From Azolla caroliniana (Eukaryota; Plantae; Polypodiophyta): DNA of 64,000 nucleotides. The notes under the pieces are model-generated. The model was given only the letters and a program-made list of their open reading frames with translations, did no database searches and was not told the origin of the DNA. The position numbers and the translations under genes were made by a program. Below are positions 12,410 to 25,510 of the stretch, piece by piece; position 1 is the first letter of the stretch, and every line of letters starts with the position of its first letter. Location: assembly GCA_043228905.1 (NCBI GenBank), contig JBHGNT010000005.1, forward strand, positions 13,764,001 to 13,828,000, in the 5' to 3' direction.

Positions 12410-12958
12410 TCATAGCCGATTTTGGGTCACGGCTTGATCGGCCACGATGCACGGCTCGGTCGAGACGTGTGCGTGCGCAGGTGCGGACATAGCCACGTCT
12501 CGATTGCGACGTGTGCGTGCGTGGAGGCGTCCACTGCTCGATCAAGGATGCCCGCGTGTGTTCGGTCGCGACATACGTACGGATTACTCACGGGAAGAAC
12601 TTTATGGATGATTGATCATATGGCTGAATATAAAGACGTCGCATACAACTAAAAGTAGAGACCATGCAACTAAATATGAATGCATGCAACTAAACTCGTA
12701 GCCGATTTTGGGTCGCGGCTTGATCGGCCACGATGCACGGCTTGGTCGGGACGTGTGCGTGTGTGGAGGCGTCCACTGCTCGGTCAGGGATGCGCGCGTT
12801 CAGTTCGGTGGATGTGCACGTGTGTTCAGTCGCGACACATGTACGGATTATGCACGGGCCGAACTTTATGGATAATTGATCATATGGCCGAATATAAAGA
12901 CGTCGCATACAACTAAAAGTAGAGACCATGCAACTAAAAATGGAAGCATGCAACTAAA
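12410..12958 (+). repeat. ~270-290-bp tandem duplication in the 5' LTR of D
   Basis: TAGCCGATTTTGGGTC...AAAAGTAGAGACCATGCAACT occurs twice (12412, 12699); single copy in the 3' LTR. Confidence 0.8.
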
Positions 12959-13389
12959 AGTGGGGATGAAAAGGAATATCAAGGGCATGATAAACAAAGA
13001 ATCCCATATATATTCCACTCTCTTCTTTTCTCCAATTTTATTTTTTTTTTCTTCTCGGCTCCCTTATCTTATGGAAGCCATAACACTCAAGAACCCTAAT
13101 TTTTGTTATCTAAGCTATCTCTCGATAATCCCTAAATTATTTTTTATCTAAGCCATATTTCATAAACCTTAATCTATTAATCTATCAACCTTTGTAAGAT
13201 AAAACTTTTGTAATCCCAATCTTGGGATAGATTGTAATTTTTCTTTTCCTTTCTTAATGAAATTTGTCAAACTTTCAAATTTCCATTAATTCTTAAAAGT
13301 ATAAACGTAGGAATCTGATATCCTTTCGTCGGAGGCGTTGGGGTCCTACCTCAAGTTCACATATCCTCGTCGTATTTTCGTGACATCTT

Positions 13390-13407
13390 TGGTGAACCCG
13401 ACGTGAA
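13390..13407 (+). other. Primer binding site, tRNA-Trp
   Basis: TGGTGAACCCGACGTGAA is complementary to the plant tRNA-Trp 3' end as recalled (...CACGTCGGGTTCACCA); same motif at 51986-52003 and 29407-29391. Confidence 0.8.
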
Positions 13408-15052
13408 ACGAGGCGGTAGGAGGATATCAAGTGTGACGATGGTTTCGACAAGCGGAAATCAAGGAGAGAAATTGACGAAAGGCATGGTGTGCGTTGTGGA
13501 ATACATGATGAAAGCGAGGGATCGAGAGGCTTTAATCGACAAAGTTGTAGATCAAACAGTGGAGATAGCTGGACGATTTGGTGGCAAGACCATCACGGAT
13601 TTCCTTGCTACGTATCGGAACGACATGGAGCAGAGGGATGTCAACGATCTTAAACAAATATCTAGCTTTAAACGTATGGTGGAACTAGGGATCTGCGAGA
13701 GCATCATGGAGATCCAAAATGAGCACACAACTTGAGCGGAGTTCGAAAAGGCGCTTCTTGCTGAATACATGCTTGAAGACACGTCATGGATGACTCGGCA
13801 TACGCTAATGATTTGGGTCGAGAAGAAACGGAAGAATCTGTGTGCATCAAGTGTATATAAGGAATTCGAACAAAAGTACAACCGACTTCCGAGTGTTGAT
13901 CAACGAGTTCTCGATGGAGATAAAGTCCTGCTATTACTGAAGGCGGTGGATATGAAAGACCAACAAGAATTAGGCAACCTTTTGGAGGATGACACGCAAC
14001 CAAATGGCTTGGTAGCGAACTGGGCGGTGGTGAAGAAGGCTTGTATCCATCTTGATAAGCGTCGACAATGGCTAGAGGAGACTGACGTGGAGAATCCACA
14101 ATCGTGGAGGAAGGCGCCTACAAAGATCGATCCTAGCAAGCAGATCAACAATTTTGACAAGAACGCGATTGAGTAGTCTATAATCGAAGAGCTCTCCAAG
14201 AAGTTTGAAGCGGTATCGCTAGCCAACTTAGGTCAACGCAGGCCCAAGGGAAAAGAAGTGTTTAGATGTGTGTGGTGCGACAGCTTCGAGCACTCGCGAA
14301 GGGAGTGCACTGACTTGCAAGACGCGATTCGCAAGAATGTCGTCTATTTGGACAGCAACATGATCCACTCGAGCGAGACCCGGAAGCCACTACGCGTGAA
14401 CTTCGGAAGAGGTGGGCTGAAAAAGATTGTGGAAGAGGAAGATGCAAGGCATGTGGAAGCTATGCATTATGCCGCATCGGCCGGTATACGAGTTGGAAGA
14501 GAGAATCTAAAGATGATCAAGCCAAGAGTTGGGTTTTGGCCGACGGTCTTCGAGTGCGAGAAAAAAGGAAAAATCAATTCGGAGGATCTTAAACTTGTTG
14601 ATCAGAATGTGCGACGAGTTACCGAATGGTCGGATCCAGTCGACAATAACACAAGCTTTGTGGAGGTTGTGTGTGACAACTATGAAGCTCTTGTCGAAGA
14701 GAAGAGGAAAAGAATTGGTGAAGAAGATGGCACATCAAAGCGTCCCAATACGAGGAACACAGGGAAAGAAGGGCAAGCCCAACCTACACCATGAAAAGAG
14801 ATTGGAGAAACAAGCATGAAGCCCGGTGGGTCAAGCCAACCTGCTCAGATGGAAGTCGATGAATCTGTGAAGAAAGGAAAAGATTGAGCGGCGCCGACTT
14901 ACAAGCTAAGGTCGGACATAGAACAAACAACTGACTTGCAAAAGGTTCTTGAGGAGAAGGTTTTAGACAGTCATGTTGACCTTATTTTAAGAGAACTGCT
15001 TGGGATCGTGAAGAAGGAGTTTCATGATACTATCGTGGACCTTATTAAGCGG

Positions 15053-15771
15053 TGTCGCGAAGATGCGCGTGCATGCGTTCTTTGCTTGAGCGGGACCATT
15101 GGGGTCTCGGACCGGGGAGGATGTTTGTGAAATTGTCGAAAAGATGACGATATGTATGCAAGAGTCGAGGAAACTAATGTCACACTTGAGAAGATCGAAG
15201 ATTTTTATGCTTGAGAAGAAAATATATGTCAAGAAGAAGAATAAGAAGATTATTATATTATTCTTGATGATGATGATAATGATGATGATCTCCAAATTGA
15301 CCCCCCTTTACACGAGCCCAACTAGAGGCTTTTATAGGTCTCTCCATGCTTGTGACATGCAAGAAACCATGGGCTAAAACCATGGTTTTGCATATGACAT
15401 GCACAAAACCATGGGCTAAAACCATGGGCTAAAACCATGGTTTTGCATATGACGTGCACAAAACCATGGGCTTAAAACCATGGTTTTGTTTACACGGTTT
15501 TGTACATTTGTTTCCTATGGAATACTGAATATGACAAGGAAATATACAAAATCTAAAGCACTTAGTAGTAGCTTTAGTGGTAAGCTAATTGCTTCCTATC
15601 TTGGAGGTGTAAGGTTCAAATCTTACTTGCACCCCTCTATACACACTCAATGCCATTAGGCCCTAGGTTTATTTATTATTGATTTATTTTCATTTTTACA
15701 AGTATTTGTGAAATGTGTGTGTATCCTCACTTTTTGACTTTTTCTCGCACTAAACACACCACATCACGATA
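15053..15771 (-). mobile_element. Gypsy solo LTR inside gag of D
   Basis: TGTCGCG...CACGATA ends; 4-bp TSD GCGG/GCAG restores LIKRKRQ; TATA on minus ~15330; AAAACCATGG repeats 15360-15490. Confidence 0.85.
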
Positions 15772-16343
15772 GCAGAAGCGGCAATAATCTGATGAAGAGG
15801 AGGTGAAAACAAGTGCCATAACCATGGGAAGATCGGAAGAGGAGGAAGAAGAAGAAGTGGTAATGGATAGCCATTGCTCTCGACCTCATTGGGCAAGAGT
15901 GACAGCGGAGACGCCGGTGAAGATCGAGGAGAAGAAAGAGATCGTGGTGGCCTTGATTGACCATGGATCGGAGATCAACCTCATGTCAACCGAGTTGTAC
16001 AAGAAAAGAAGATGGCCGATTAATACAAACCATGGAAGATTCGAGTGGCAACGAAGGCCACGGAGGACTTATACGGAGGTTGCCCCAAAGTTAAAGTCAT
16101 GGTTGGGGATGTGGAGATTGATCAACACTTTTTCATGCAACACTTTTTCATGCAAGACTCGGCTTCACATCCCGCCATCCTGGGACAACCGTATATAACA
16201 TCGTCCCAGATGGAGACCAAGGTGTTCAATAATGGAGCAACCTTCGCACGAGTCAAGACCCTTGACAGTCAAAGATCTGTGAAATTCCTGATGGTGCGAG
16301 CTAATCACGAAAGGAATTGAGATAGCCTTGGAGGCGAATCCTT

Positions 16344-16407
16344 GGATTTTTAGAGTGGACTATTGAAGCGTGGGGCACAAATAGTCCGAGAAATCATAAG
16401 TCCCCAC
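16344..16407 (+). other. Putative -1 frameshift signal, element D
   Basis: GGATTTT 16344-16350 + TAG; GGACTATT 16357-64 / AATAGTCC 16380-87; GTGGGG 16370-75 / CCCCAC 16402-07; -1 frame open to 16706. Confidence 0.78.
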
Positions 16408-19400
16408 AAGGAAGCAGAGTATGTGGATTGCAAGGAGAAGAAACATGCGTCACACCTAACGGCGCATGTAAACTAACACTACTCAACAAGAAGGACAAGC
16501 GTGGGATACAAGACTTCGAGAAGGTGCTAGAAGAAGAAAGCATAATCGAAGAAGAAGAATTCGTGTCTCATATTCTGGAGGAAGCCTCATTTAACGACAC
16601 CGTCGGCGAAATCAAGGAAGTCGTGGACTTGAGCTATCTTCATGATCGACACGTGATTTTGGTTACCTCCATCAACATGTATGCTATCATCGATGAATAT
16701 CATTGAAGCATCTTGATGGAGGAAGCTGAAGTCAACACAAAATATAAAATGGTGGATAGGAAGATCAAGCCAGTGCAATTCCGCTACCAGAAGATAGTTA
16801 GCAAAAGATGAGGGAAGTTGCAAAAGATCCAAGCTTAAGGAATCCAAAGACAATAGGTCACGTCTTCACTGAAGAGACAAAAGGAAAGCTACGAGTTGGA
16901 AGGGAGGATTTCGTCCTTCCTGAAGAGGAGCGAATGTTCCGCGGAATGCTTGAAAGACATGGGAAGGCTTTTGCATTTTTCCCACAGGAAATCGGATGTG
17001 CTAATCCAAGGACGGTAGAACCGATGGTGATCTTCACGCTGCCACATGTGCCTTGGAATTTGAAACCGATACCGGTTCCGAGAGCACACCTACAGAAGCT
17101 GATCGAGCTCTTAAAGGAGAACGTGAATATGGGAATTCTAGAGCCATCGAATGCTCCATATTCTAATAGGTGGTTGATGGTGCCGAAGAAGAATGGATCA
17201 TTGTGATTCATCCAAGATCTTCAACCCATCAACCAGGTGACAATTCGGAATGCTGAAATTGGTCCGAGTGTGAATGAATTTGTTGAGGCGTTTGTGGGCC
17301 GATCCATCTACTCCATTGGCGATCTCTACTCTGGATACGATCAATTCCAGTTGGCGATCGACAGTCATGACATTACAACCATGAGGACTCCGATCGGCCT
17401 TGTGCGGATGTGTACCTTACCTCAAGGTGCAACGAACTCGGTGGCTCATATCGTGAATGCCATGAACAAGGTCTTGAAGGATTGCATCCCGGGCATCACA
17501 ATGCCATTCTTGGATGAGATTCCGATAAAAGGATATTCGGATGAGGAAAAGGATGAATCGAAAGATAAGGATGGATGCCAAAAGTTTGTCATGGATCATA
17601 TGAAAGATTGTGAGAAGGTGCTCCAAAGGCTCAAAGATGCGAATTTGACATTTTCAGGAGAAAATTCCACATTGGGGCAACCCGAGATCTTGGTGGTAGG
17701 TCACTTGTGTGGAGAATACGGTCGGAAGCCTTCTCCATCCAGGGTGAATGCGATCCAAGACATGAAAGAAGAATGCGTAACCAAAACGGAGGTTCAAAGG
17801 TTCCTTGGAGCATGTGCCTTTTATCATATTTGGATTCCACACTACGCCCACATTGTTGAGCCATTATACCGTCTACTAAAGAAGAAGCGGAGGTTCGAAT
17901 GGATGAGCGAGCATACTTTCACCATCCGAAGGCTGAAGAATTTGTCCATGGAGGCACCTGCATTATGGAAGGCGGACTATTCAAACGGCAAGCCCATTTT
18001 CGTGACCGTGGATACTAGTCCGACCGGAATTGGATGGGTTATCAACCAAGAAGACGAAGATTGCAACTGATATGCAATTCGGTTTGGCTCAAATTTGTTA
18101 AGTGATAGGCAAAGAAGGTATGCCTTAGTGAAGAGGGAGCTATGGGGAATCGTATCGGCGATCAAGTGTGATCGTGACTACCTTATTGGAGTAGAAGTCA
18201 TAATCGAGACAAATTGCCTACCAATCTTGGGTATGATATCTGGTTGTAGTAGACCAGATATTGTCATGCTACGTTGGATTACATATATCAAATCACTCAA
18301 ACTGAATATCCCTCATGTAGCTAGGAAGCGTAATGTCATTGCAAACATGCTATCATGAGCAAGATATGACGGAGAAGAAGATCGACATTCTAATGAAGAG
18401 GATGTTGGCTTAGTTTTCTTTACAAGTTCCTGCGCTCAGGTGCTGACTACTTTCATAGAAGAGGACTACAAAGGTGAATTCATGGAGATCGGGAAATACT
18501 TGAGTTCTCTCAAAAAGATGAATCATGGTCGACAAAAGACTTCCACCGAATTCGGAAGAAGGCGTACAAGTATTTCCTTAAGGATGGATCTCTTTGGAGG
18601 CATGCAAAAAAGAAGGGGACTCTGATGAGAGTTGTCTGCAAGCTGGAAGACCGACAAAAACCAATGTCTGAATTTCATGATAGTGTTTTTGCAGGTCATC
18701 GAGGAATATGGGCTACATTCACGAAGCGTAAGGAGAAATATTGGGGGTCGGGCATCTACAAATATGTAGTAGCTTATGTGGAAACATGTAAGGAATGTCA
18801 AGTGTTTTCGAATGTTCGTCATCGAGATGAACTTCATCCGACTTACCCGTTGGCTATGCATTACAAGTGGATGGTAGACATCGTAATGATGCCAATGGGG
18901 AAATGGCAGATGAAGTATCTTATGCTCGCGAGAGAGGATCTTACCAATCAAGTTGAAGGGCGAGCATTGAGAACTAAGGAGACATCATCAGTATGCAGAT
19001 TCCTTCTTGAAGATGATATTTGCAGATATAGATGCGTCGGCAAGATAGTGGCTGATAGAGGCAAGTTGGACGCCAAAGAAGCTAGAGAATTCTTCTCTAG
19101 GATAGGAATCAAATTATCTCTTACCACAACATATAATCCAGAAGCGAATGGGAAAGTGGAACGTGGACATGGACCGATTGTGAAGCCTCTAGTGCAATCT
19201 TGCCATGGGAAAATAGGAGAATGGCCACGTCTATTGTCATTTGCACTATTGGCTTACAGGACTATTCATAGCATGGGGACGGGATACATGCCAATAGAGC
19301 TCATATTCGAACAGAAGCCGATAATGCCAGTGGAACAAAGTATTGTTTCATGGTTTGAATTGCCATGGCAAGATGAGATAAGTAGAGAAGATCTTGTAGC

Positions 19401-21545
19401 ATTGAGGATTCGACAGTTGGAGCGGAAGTTGGAAGATATAGAAGTGGCGAAAGCGCGGCTAAAGAATGCAAGGCTGAAGAACAAGAAAGACTTCGACAAA
19501 CGACATTGATTTCGTCCAAGGAAAATCATTGAAGGAGATTGGGTGTTGTTCTACGATAGTAGCTTAGATAACCAACATAGTACGGGTTGAAAATTTTCAC
19601 AACGATGGTTTGGACCATATGTGGTGAAGAAAGTGGAAGATAATGCAACATATCGATTAGCAGAACTAGATGGTACACCACTTGCTTTGCCAATTGAAGA
19701 AAAGAGAGTGAAGATCTTGAAGAGAAGAGAGGCCCCAAATCTTGAAATCGAAGCTCTAGAAGATGTAGCCTTGACCATCGAGGTTGAAAAACAATAATCA
19801 AAAGAGGAACCTCACTACAATTGGCACATACCGGTGGATGTGCAAGTTTGGTGGGGGTGAATGTCATGTGATTTTTTACACACGATAAGAAAATTAATGA
19901 AATCATTATTTTAGATTAGCTTAAATGTCTTAGTACGAAAGATGGACATCTTCAAGAGCTTCCAAACAGATTTTACTACATATGAAACGGATAACTAAGT
20001 ATCAAGCTATATGACAATGAAGTTTGAGAAGATGAGGAAAACAAAATTGTGAAATATCCCACATAGTTAGGACAACATCGGATCCAACAGTATATAGCCA
20101 AAGCCAAAACAAATTACTTCATATATGTCTGTTTGGATCATTTAATGACCAAGGTGAGCACGGCTGATCTATGTGGATGGTTTGCTCGTAGCCGATTTTT
20201 GGTCGTGGCTTTATCGGCCACGATGCACGCCTCAGTTGCAACTTGCCCGAACACATCCACAACTCGGTTGCGACGTGTGCGTGTGTGGAGACGTCCACAG
20301 CTCGGTCCATGACGTGTGCGCGGTCGGAGGCATCCACGGCTTGGTCGCGATGTGTGCATGCACGGAGGCATCCACATCTCGGCCAGGATCATGCGCGCAC
20401 GTGTTCGGTCATGACGCACGTACAGATTACGCACAGGCCGAACTTTATGGATGATTGATCATATGGTTGAATATAAAGACGTCTAATACAACTAAAAGTA
20501 GAGGCCATGCAATTAAAAATGAACGCATGCAACTAAAAGCCATGCAACAAAAAGTGGGGATGCAAAGGAACATCAAGGGCATGATCAACAAAGAAACCCA
20601 TACATATTCCACTCTCTTCTTTTCTCCATTTTTTTTATTTTTTTATTTTCTTCTCGGCTCCCTTATCGTATGGAAGCCATAACACTCAACAGCCCTAATT
20701 TTCTGATCAAAGCCATAAACCCTAATTTCCTTATTGAAGCCATAACACTCAAGAACCCTAATTTTTCTTATCAAGCTATCTCTCGATAATCCCTAAATTA
20801 TTTTTTATGTAAGCCATATTTTGATAAACCGTAATCTATTAATCTATTAACCTCTGTAAGCTAAAACTTTTTTAATCCCATTCTTGGGATAGATTGTAAT
20901 TTTTCTTTTCCTTTCTCAATGAAATTTGTCAAACTTTCTGATTTCCGTTACTGCTTCAAAGTATAAACGCAGGAATCTGATATCCTCTCGTCGGAGGCCC
21001 CAGGGTCCCACCTCAAGTTCACATATCCTCGTCGTATTTTCGCGACACCGCTTGGTCCCATGTTGAGGAGTCGGCGTCTTTCGGGTCTGGTCGATTTTCT
21101 TCTGCTCCTTTGATATAGCTCCAATATCCTTGACTGACAAGGTATTGGTGCATCTTGTACTCCAAAGATGCAAAGTTGTTTCGATTCAACTTCTTGCTAG
21201 GGAGAGCACTCCCCATTTGAGTATTCATTGTCGATGAAGGTTTCTTTCATTTTTTCATTCTCTCTCAAACACGAGCTATGTAGTCGCACTACAATAGCGA
21301 TGAGCCGGTTCTTCTAAAACGTCGGCGAAGAACACAACACATGCGGATTGGCTAGATCACGCTACCAAACCACTTTGATACCATGTAAAGAATCAAATAT
21401 GATTCTTGTGCAACAGAAGAGATGTCTGAGAAGAAAGAGATGTGAGAAGAGAAAACACAAGATAGATTAGATAGAATAGAAAATAGAATACTCAAGAAGA
21501 AAGTGTTCTCAAAGGGTGTGTTCGCACATTGCACTAGGTTGAGTT

Positions 21546-22447
21546 TGTTGGGAGACAGGTCCCTCCGGATGGGAAGAGAAAAGAACAGTGATGATGAACA
21601 AACTCGGCTACAGAGAGCCGGATGATGCAGACCCGGTGAAGACCGGATGACGAGTACCCGGCTACGGAGAGTTGGATGGTGCAGACCTGGTGAGGACCGG
21701 ATGAGGAGTACCCGGCTACGGAGAGCCGGATGATGCAGACCCGGTGAAGACCGGATGAGGAGTACCCGGCTACGGAGAGCCGGATGGTGCAAACACGGTG
21801 AGGACCGGATGAGGAGTACCCGGCTACGGAGAGCCGGATGATGCAGACCCGGTGAAGACCGGATGAGGAGTACCCGGCTACGGAGAGCCGGATGGTGCAG
21901 ACCCGGTGAGGACCGGATGAGGAGTACCCGGCTATGGAGAGCCGGATGACGCAGACCCAGTGAGGAATGCTCTCCGGATGAAGAGACATATTCGTAAATA
22001 TGTTTCTGAAGAGCCCATCGTGGCTATATTTGTAAATAGCCGAAAAGTCATATTAGTATAAATATGACTTAGGGCAAACTTTTAGTAAAGGGTTGTTGTC
22101 ATTTCTTGTTTTGCACGAGATTAGTGCACGTAACAGTGTACAGAGAGAGAGAGAGAGAAAGAGGTCGTTGCCTCTACTGTAACCGCCACCTGTGGCGAAG
22201 ATCGTGAGCACGAGGTCGTTGCCTCTGTGAACTCACTGTTGTACATACTAACCTAGTGATAGTTGCAGCCTGTGGGCTGCCGTGGTTTTTCCCCTAGTTT
22301 GGGGTTTTCCACGTTAAACATCCTGCGTACAATTTTTCTTTCTTTCTCCTTTGTGTCGCGTGTTTTTCGTTTACTGTTTCTTCTGTGTATGATTCTAAGC
22401 TTGGTTGTGGCCAAGCGTTGTGCATAAGGAGCCTTGAGTTCCCGACA
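21546..22447 (+). mobile_element. Solo LTR (family shared with 24854-25510)
   Basis: TG...CA, perfect 5-bp TSD GAGTT, TATAAAT ~22057. Confidence 0.9.
21613..21965 (+). repeat. 54-bp tandem array, ~6.5 copies
   Basis: GAGAGCCGGATG(A/G)TGCAGACCCGGTGA(A/G)GACCGGATGAGGAGTACCCGGCTACG units start at 21613, 21667, 21721, 21775, 21829, 21883, 21937. Confidence 0.95.
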
Positions 22448-24853
22448 GAGTTTGATTCTCAACACTTTCTTTTATAGATGCCCCCATGCATATGATGCAT
22501 GTCATGGTGTAAGCCATGCATATAATCCATGAAATGCATGTGATGCATGATTTCCATTTGGCGCTCATGCATCGCATGTGATGCATGATAACTATGCCAC
22601 GCATGTACGAGAAATTAAATGTCAAAAGTACAATGATGAAAGTAGAGCTTAAAGAAACAACTTAGCCTAATGGTATATCAATTGTCTCCTATGTTGGAGG
22701 TTTAAGGTTCAAAACCCATATGCACATTAACGTGCTAATATACTAGTGTAACCATCACCCCTTTCATGCATGTGCACATTGCACCTTCTCAGTTTTCTCC
22801 TTTCCACGTGATTTTCACACCGTTGCCGAAAATCTTCACAACATCCTCCCCTACCAAACCGCACGTCCTCTGGTATGTGCGATCGATCCGATTCCTCCAC
22901 GTCCTTGTTGACCTCGCTCATTTTTATGGGTTCCACCCTACCATCTTCATTGTTGAGGTCATGGAGGTCAGGACCCTCATCTTGTCTTTTCTTGAAGATC
23001 TTTACACTTTTCCCCGCAGTGGGTATGGCCAACCTTGATCTGTCTAGCTCTGTGAGGTGGTAGGTGGCGTTGTCGTTGGCACTCATCACCACACACGGTG
23101 TGAACCACGTTCTTGCAAACTTCCAGTACCCAATCTCCTTCTTCAATCTTCTTGGGACACGGTTGATGTGTCTTGTCGAATCAAATCACTCAGGTTATCT
23201 GCATTATCTTTCGCGCATTCGCTAGATCTTCGGGTCTTCTTTTGAGCTGCCTTATCTGCGCCACTAATCATTCTTCCCATCTCATCTCATTCTCCCATGG
23301 TATTGCTACCCATGAGGCGATCGTCCTCTCGATGGGCATTACTGGCTTCTATCCATACATGAGCTCTGTTGGCATATAGCCTGTCACAGAACTATGCGTA
23401 GTTCTATCGGCTCACAATGCATAGGGCAATACTTGCGGCCAGTTCCCAACTCGATTGTCACATGCTCGTATGATGGCTTTGACTATCGGCCCATGCCCTC
23501 GCTCGATCTTCCCATTTTCTTCTGGATTGTAGGCAATCATGAGGGAGAGCTTCTCACCTAATCACTCGAAGACCTCCATTGCTTCGTGTGCATCCAACTC
23601 CCCTCGGTCGGCCACTATCTTTCCCACACATCCGTATCGGAGACAGCCTCTTCGAGCACAAATTTGCAAATGGTTTTCATCGCCTTATTTGCTAAGGCCC
23701 ATCCTTCTACCTGGCTTGTCAGGTCTTCCCTTGCTAGTACCAAGTACTTCATCTGTCCCACTCCCATTGGCATTGAGACCAGATCCACCATCCATTTAAA
23801 GTGTATAGTGAGTGGGTATGTTGGTTGCAACTCATCATGGTGACGTATGTTCGAATGTACTTGGCAGCTTTTGCATGTGGACATGAAATGTAGTACATCT
23901 TTATATATGCTCAGCCACTAGTACTTCTCCTTCAACTTTTCAAATGTTGCCCATGTTCCTCTATGGCCTGCCCATGGACTCTCGTGGAATTCAAACATCA
24001 ACGTTGTCTTGTCCTCTCTCTTCACCACTACTTGTCATGGCATCCCTATCCTTCTCTTTGGCTGGTGCCAGAGGAATCCTCCCTTCAAAAAATACTCGTA
24101 AGCTTTCTTCCGTATTTGTAGAGCCTCCCCCTTCGTCCACGAAGCATCTGCCATCATTGTTCTCAAGAACTTGCTGATTAGTAACCACTCCCCTTCATAC
24201 TCATTCTCGTTGAAAGCGTTGAGGGTTGGCATGCCTCTGTCTTCTACCAATAGTCGGGCTACGTTGAAGAAGTCGAGGGCGACTTCTTCATCTTCCGAAA
24301 CCACGTCACTTTCATCCTCGAATCTTGCTCTTGACAGCATGTCGGCCACGGCGTTGTTCTTCCCAACAATGTGGCAAATCTTTGGGTTTAAAGACTTGAT
24401 ATAAGAAATCCACCTTAGCATAGCCAGATCCGGTGTCGCAGATCCGGAGATCATCCCAAGGATTGGGAGGCAATCTATTTCAATTACCACTTCCAACCCG
24501 ATCAGGTAGTCTTTGTCTACCTTCACTGCAAACACAATACCCCAAAGTTTCCTTTTGACTTGGGCATATCCTCGTTGTCACTCCGAACCGGATGGCGCAC
24601 CGCACACTATCTTCTCCTTCTTGGTTGATGACCCATCCAATTCCCATTGGGCTCGTATCTACCATGCCATAGATGGGCATCCCTTATTTGTAGATTGCTT
24701 TCCTTAAAGCGGGTGCTGCCACCAATAGCCCTTTTAACCTCTTCATCGCTTCTGTGTGCACCGGTTCCCATTTGAATTTTCTCCCTTTCATCAGTAAGCT
24801 ATACAAAGGTTCAACCACATGAGCATACTGCAGAATCCAAATGTGGTAGAACA

Positions 24854-25203
24854 TGTTGGGAGACAGGTCCCTCCGGATGGGAAGAGAGAAGAACAATGTT
24901 GATGAACAAACTCGGCTGAGGTCGAAATCGTATGATGAGTACCCGACTACGAAGAGCCGGATGGTGCAGACCCGGTGAGAACCGGATAAGGAGTACCCGG
25001 CTACGGAGAGCCGGATGGTGCAGACCCGGTGAGGAGTGCTCACCGGATGAAGAGACATATTCGTAAATATGTTTATGAGAGTCCATCATGGCTATATTTG
25101 TAAATAGCCGAAAAGTCATATTAGTATAAATATGACTTAGGGCAAACTTTTAGAGTTGTCGTTATTCTTGTTGGTGCAAGAAGAGAGAGAGTGTGTAACC
25201 GTG

Positions 25204-25240
<37 letters not shown>

Positions 25241-25510
25241 GTCGTTGCCTCTGTTGAAACCGCCGCCTGTGGCGAAGATCGTGAGCACGAGGTCGTTGCC
25301 TCCGTGAACTCACTGTTGTACATTCTAACATAGTGATAGTTTGCAGCCTGTGGGCTGCCGTGGTTTTTTCCCTAGTTTGGGGTTTTCCACGTAAACATCC
25401 TCTGTACTCTTCTCTTCTTTGAGTCGTGCATTTATTTCCCATTTTCTGTGTATGATTCTAAGCTCGGTTGTGGCCGAGCGTTGCGTATAGGGAGCGTGCA
25501 GTTCCTGTCA
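24854..25510 (+). mobile_element. Solo LTR inside RT/RH of E
   Basis: TG...CA, perfect 5-bp TSD GAACA; homologous to 21546-22447 with only ~2 units of the 54-bp repeat. Confidence 0.9.

Larger units (their letters stand above)
12086..21047 (+). mobile_element. Ty3/Gypsy element D, full-length, decayed
   Basis: LTRs 12086-13385 and 19862-21047; PBS 13390-13407; gag with zinc knuckle and DUF4100-like region, PR (LIDHGSEINL), RT, RH, IN; PPT ~19849-19861; 4-bp TSD CTGC/CCGC restores Copia gag WDQAASR. Confidence 0.93.
7343..22464 (-). mobile_element. Ty1/Copia element C, full-length but decayed; hosts Gypsy D and a solo LTR
   Basis: 3' LTR 7343-7807, PPT 7808-7820, RH/RT 7912-9960, IN 10087-10900, PR (WIVDSGASNH) ~11250, gag 11400-12085 + 21048-21228, PBS TGGTATCAAAG 21383-21373, 5' LTR 21384-21545 + 22448-22464 (internally deleted); 5-bp TSD CTTTT/CTTTC. 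Confidence 0.9.

Noticed and set aside
21613-21965. CRISPR-like array or repeat-protein ORFs (21352-21792, 21534-21989)
   Set aside because: Contiguous 54-bp units with no unique spacers, inside a TSD-flanked LTR; ORFs are a by-product of a stop-free 18-codon unit.
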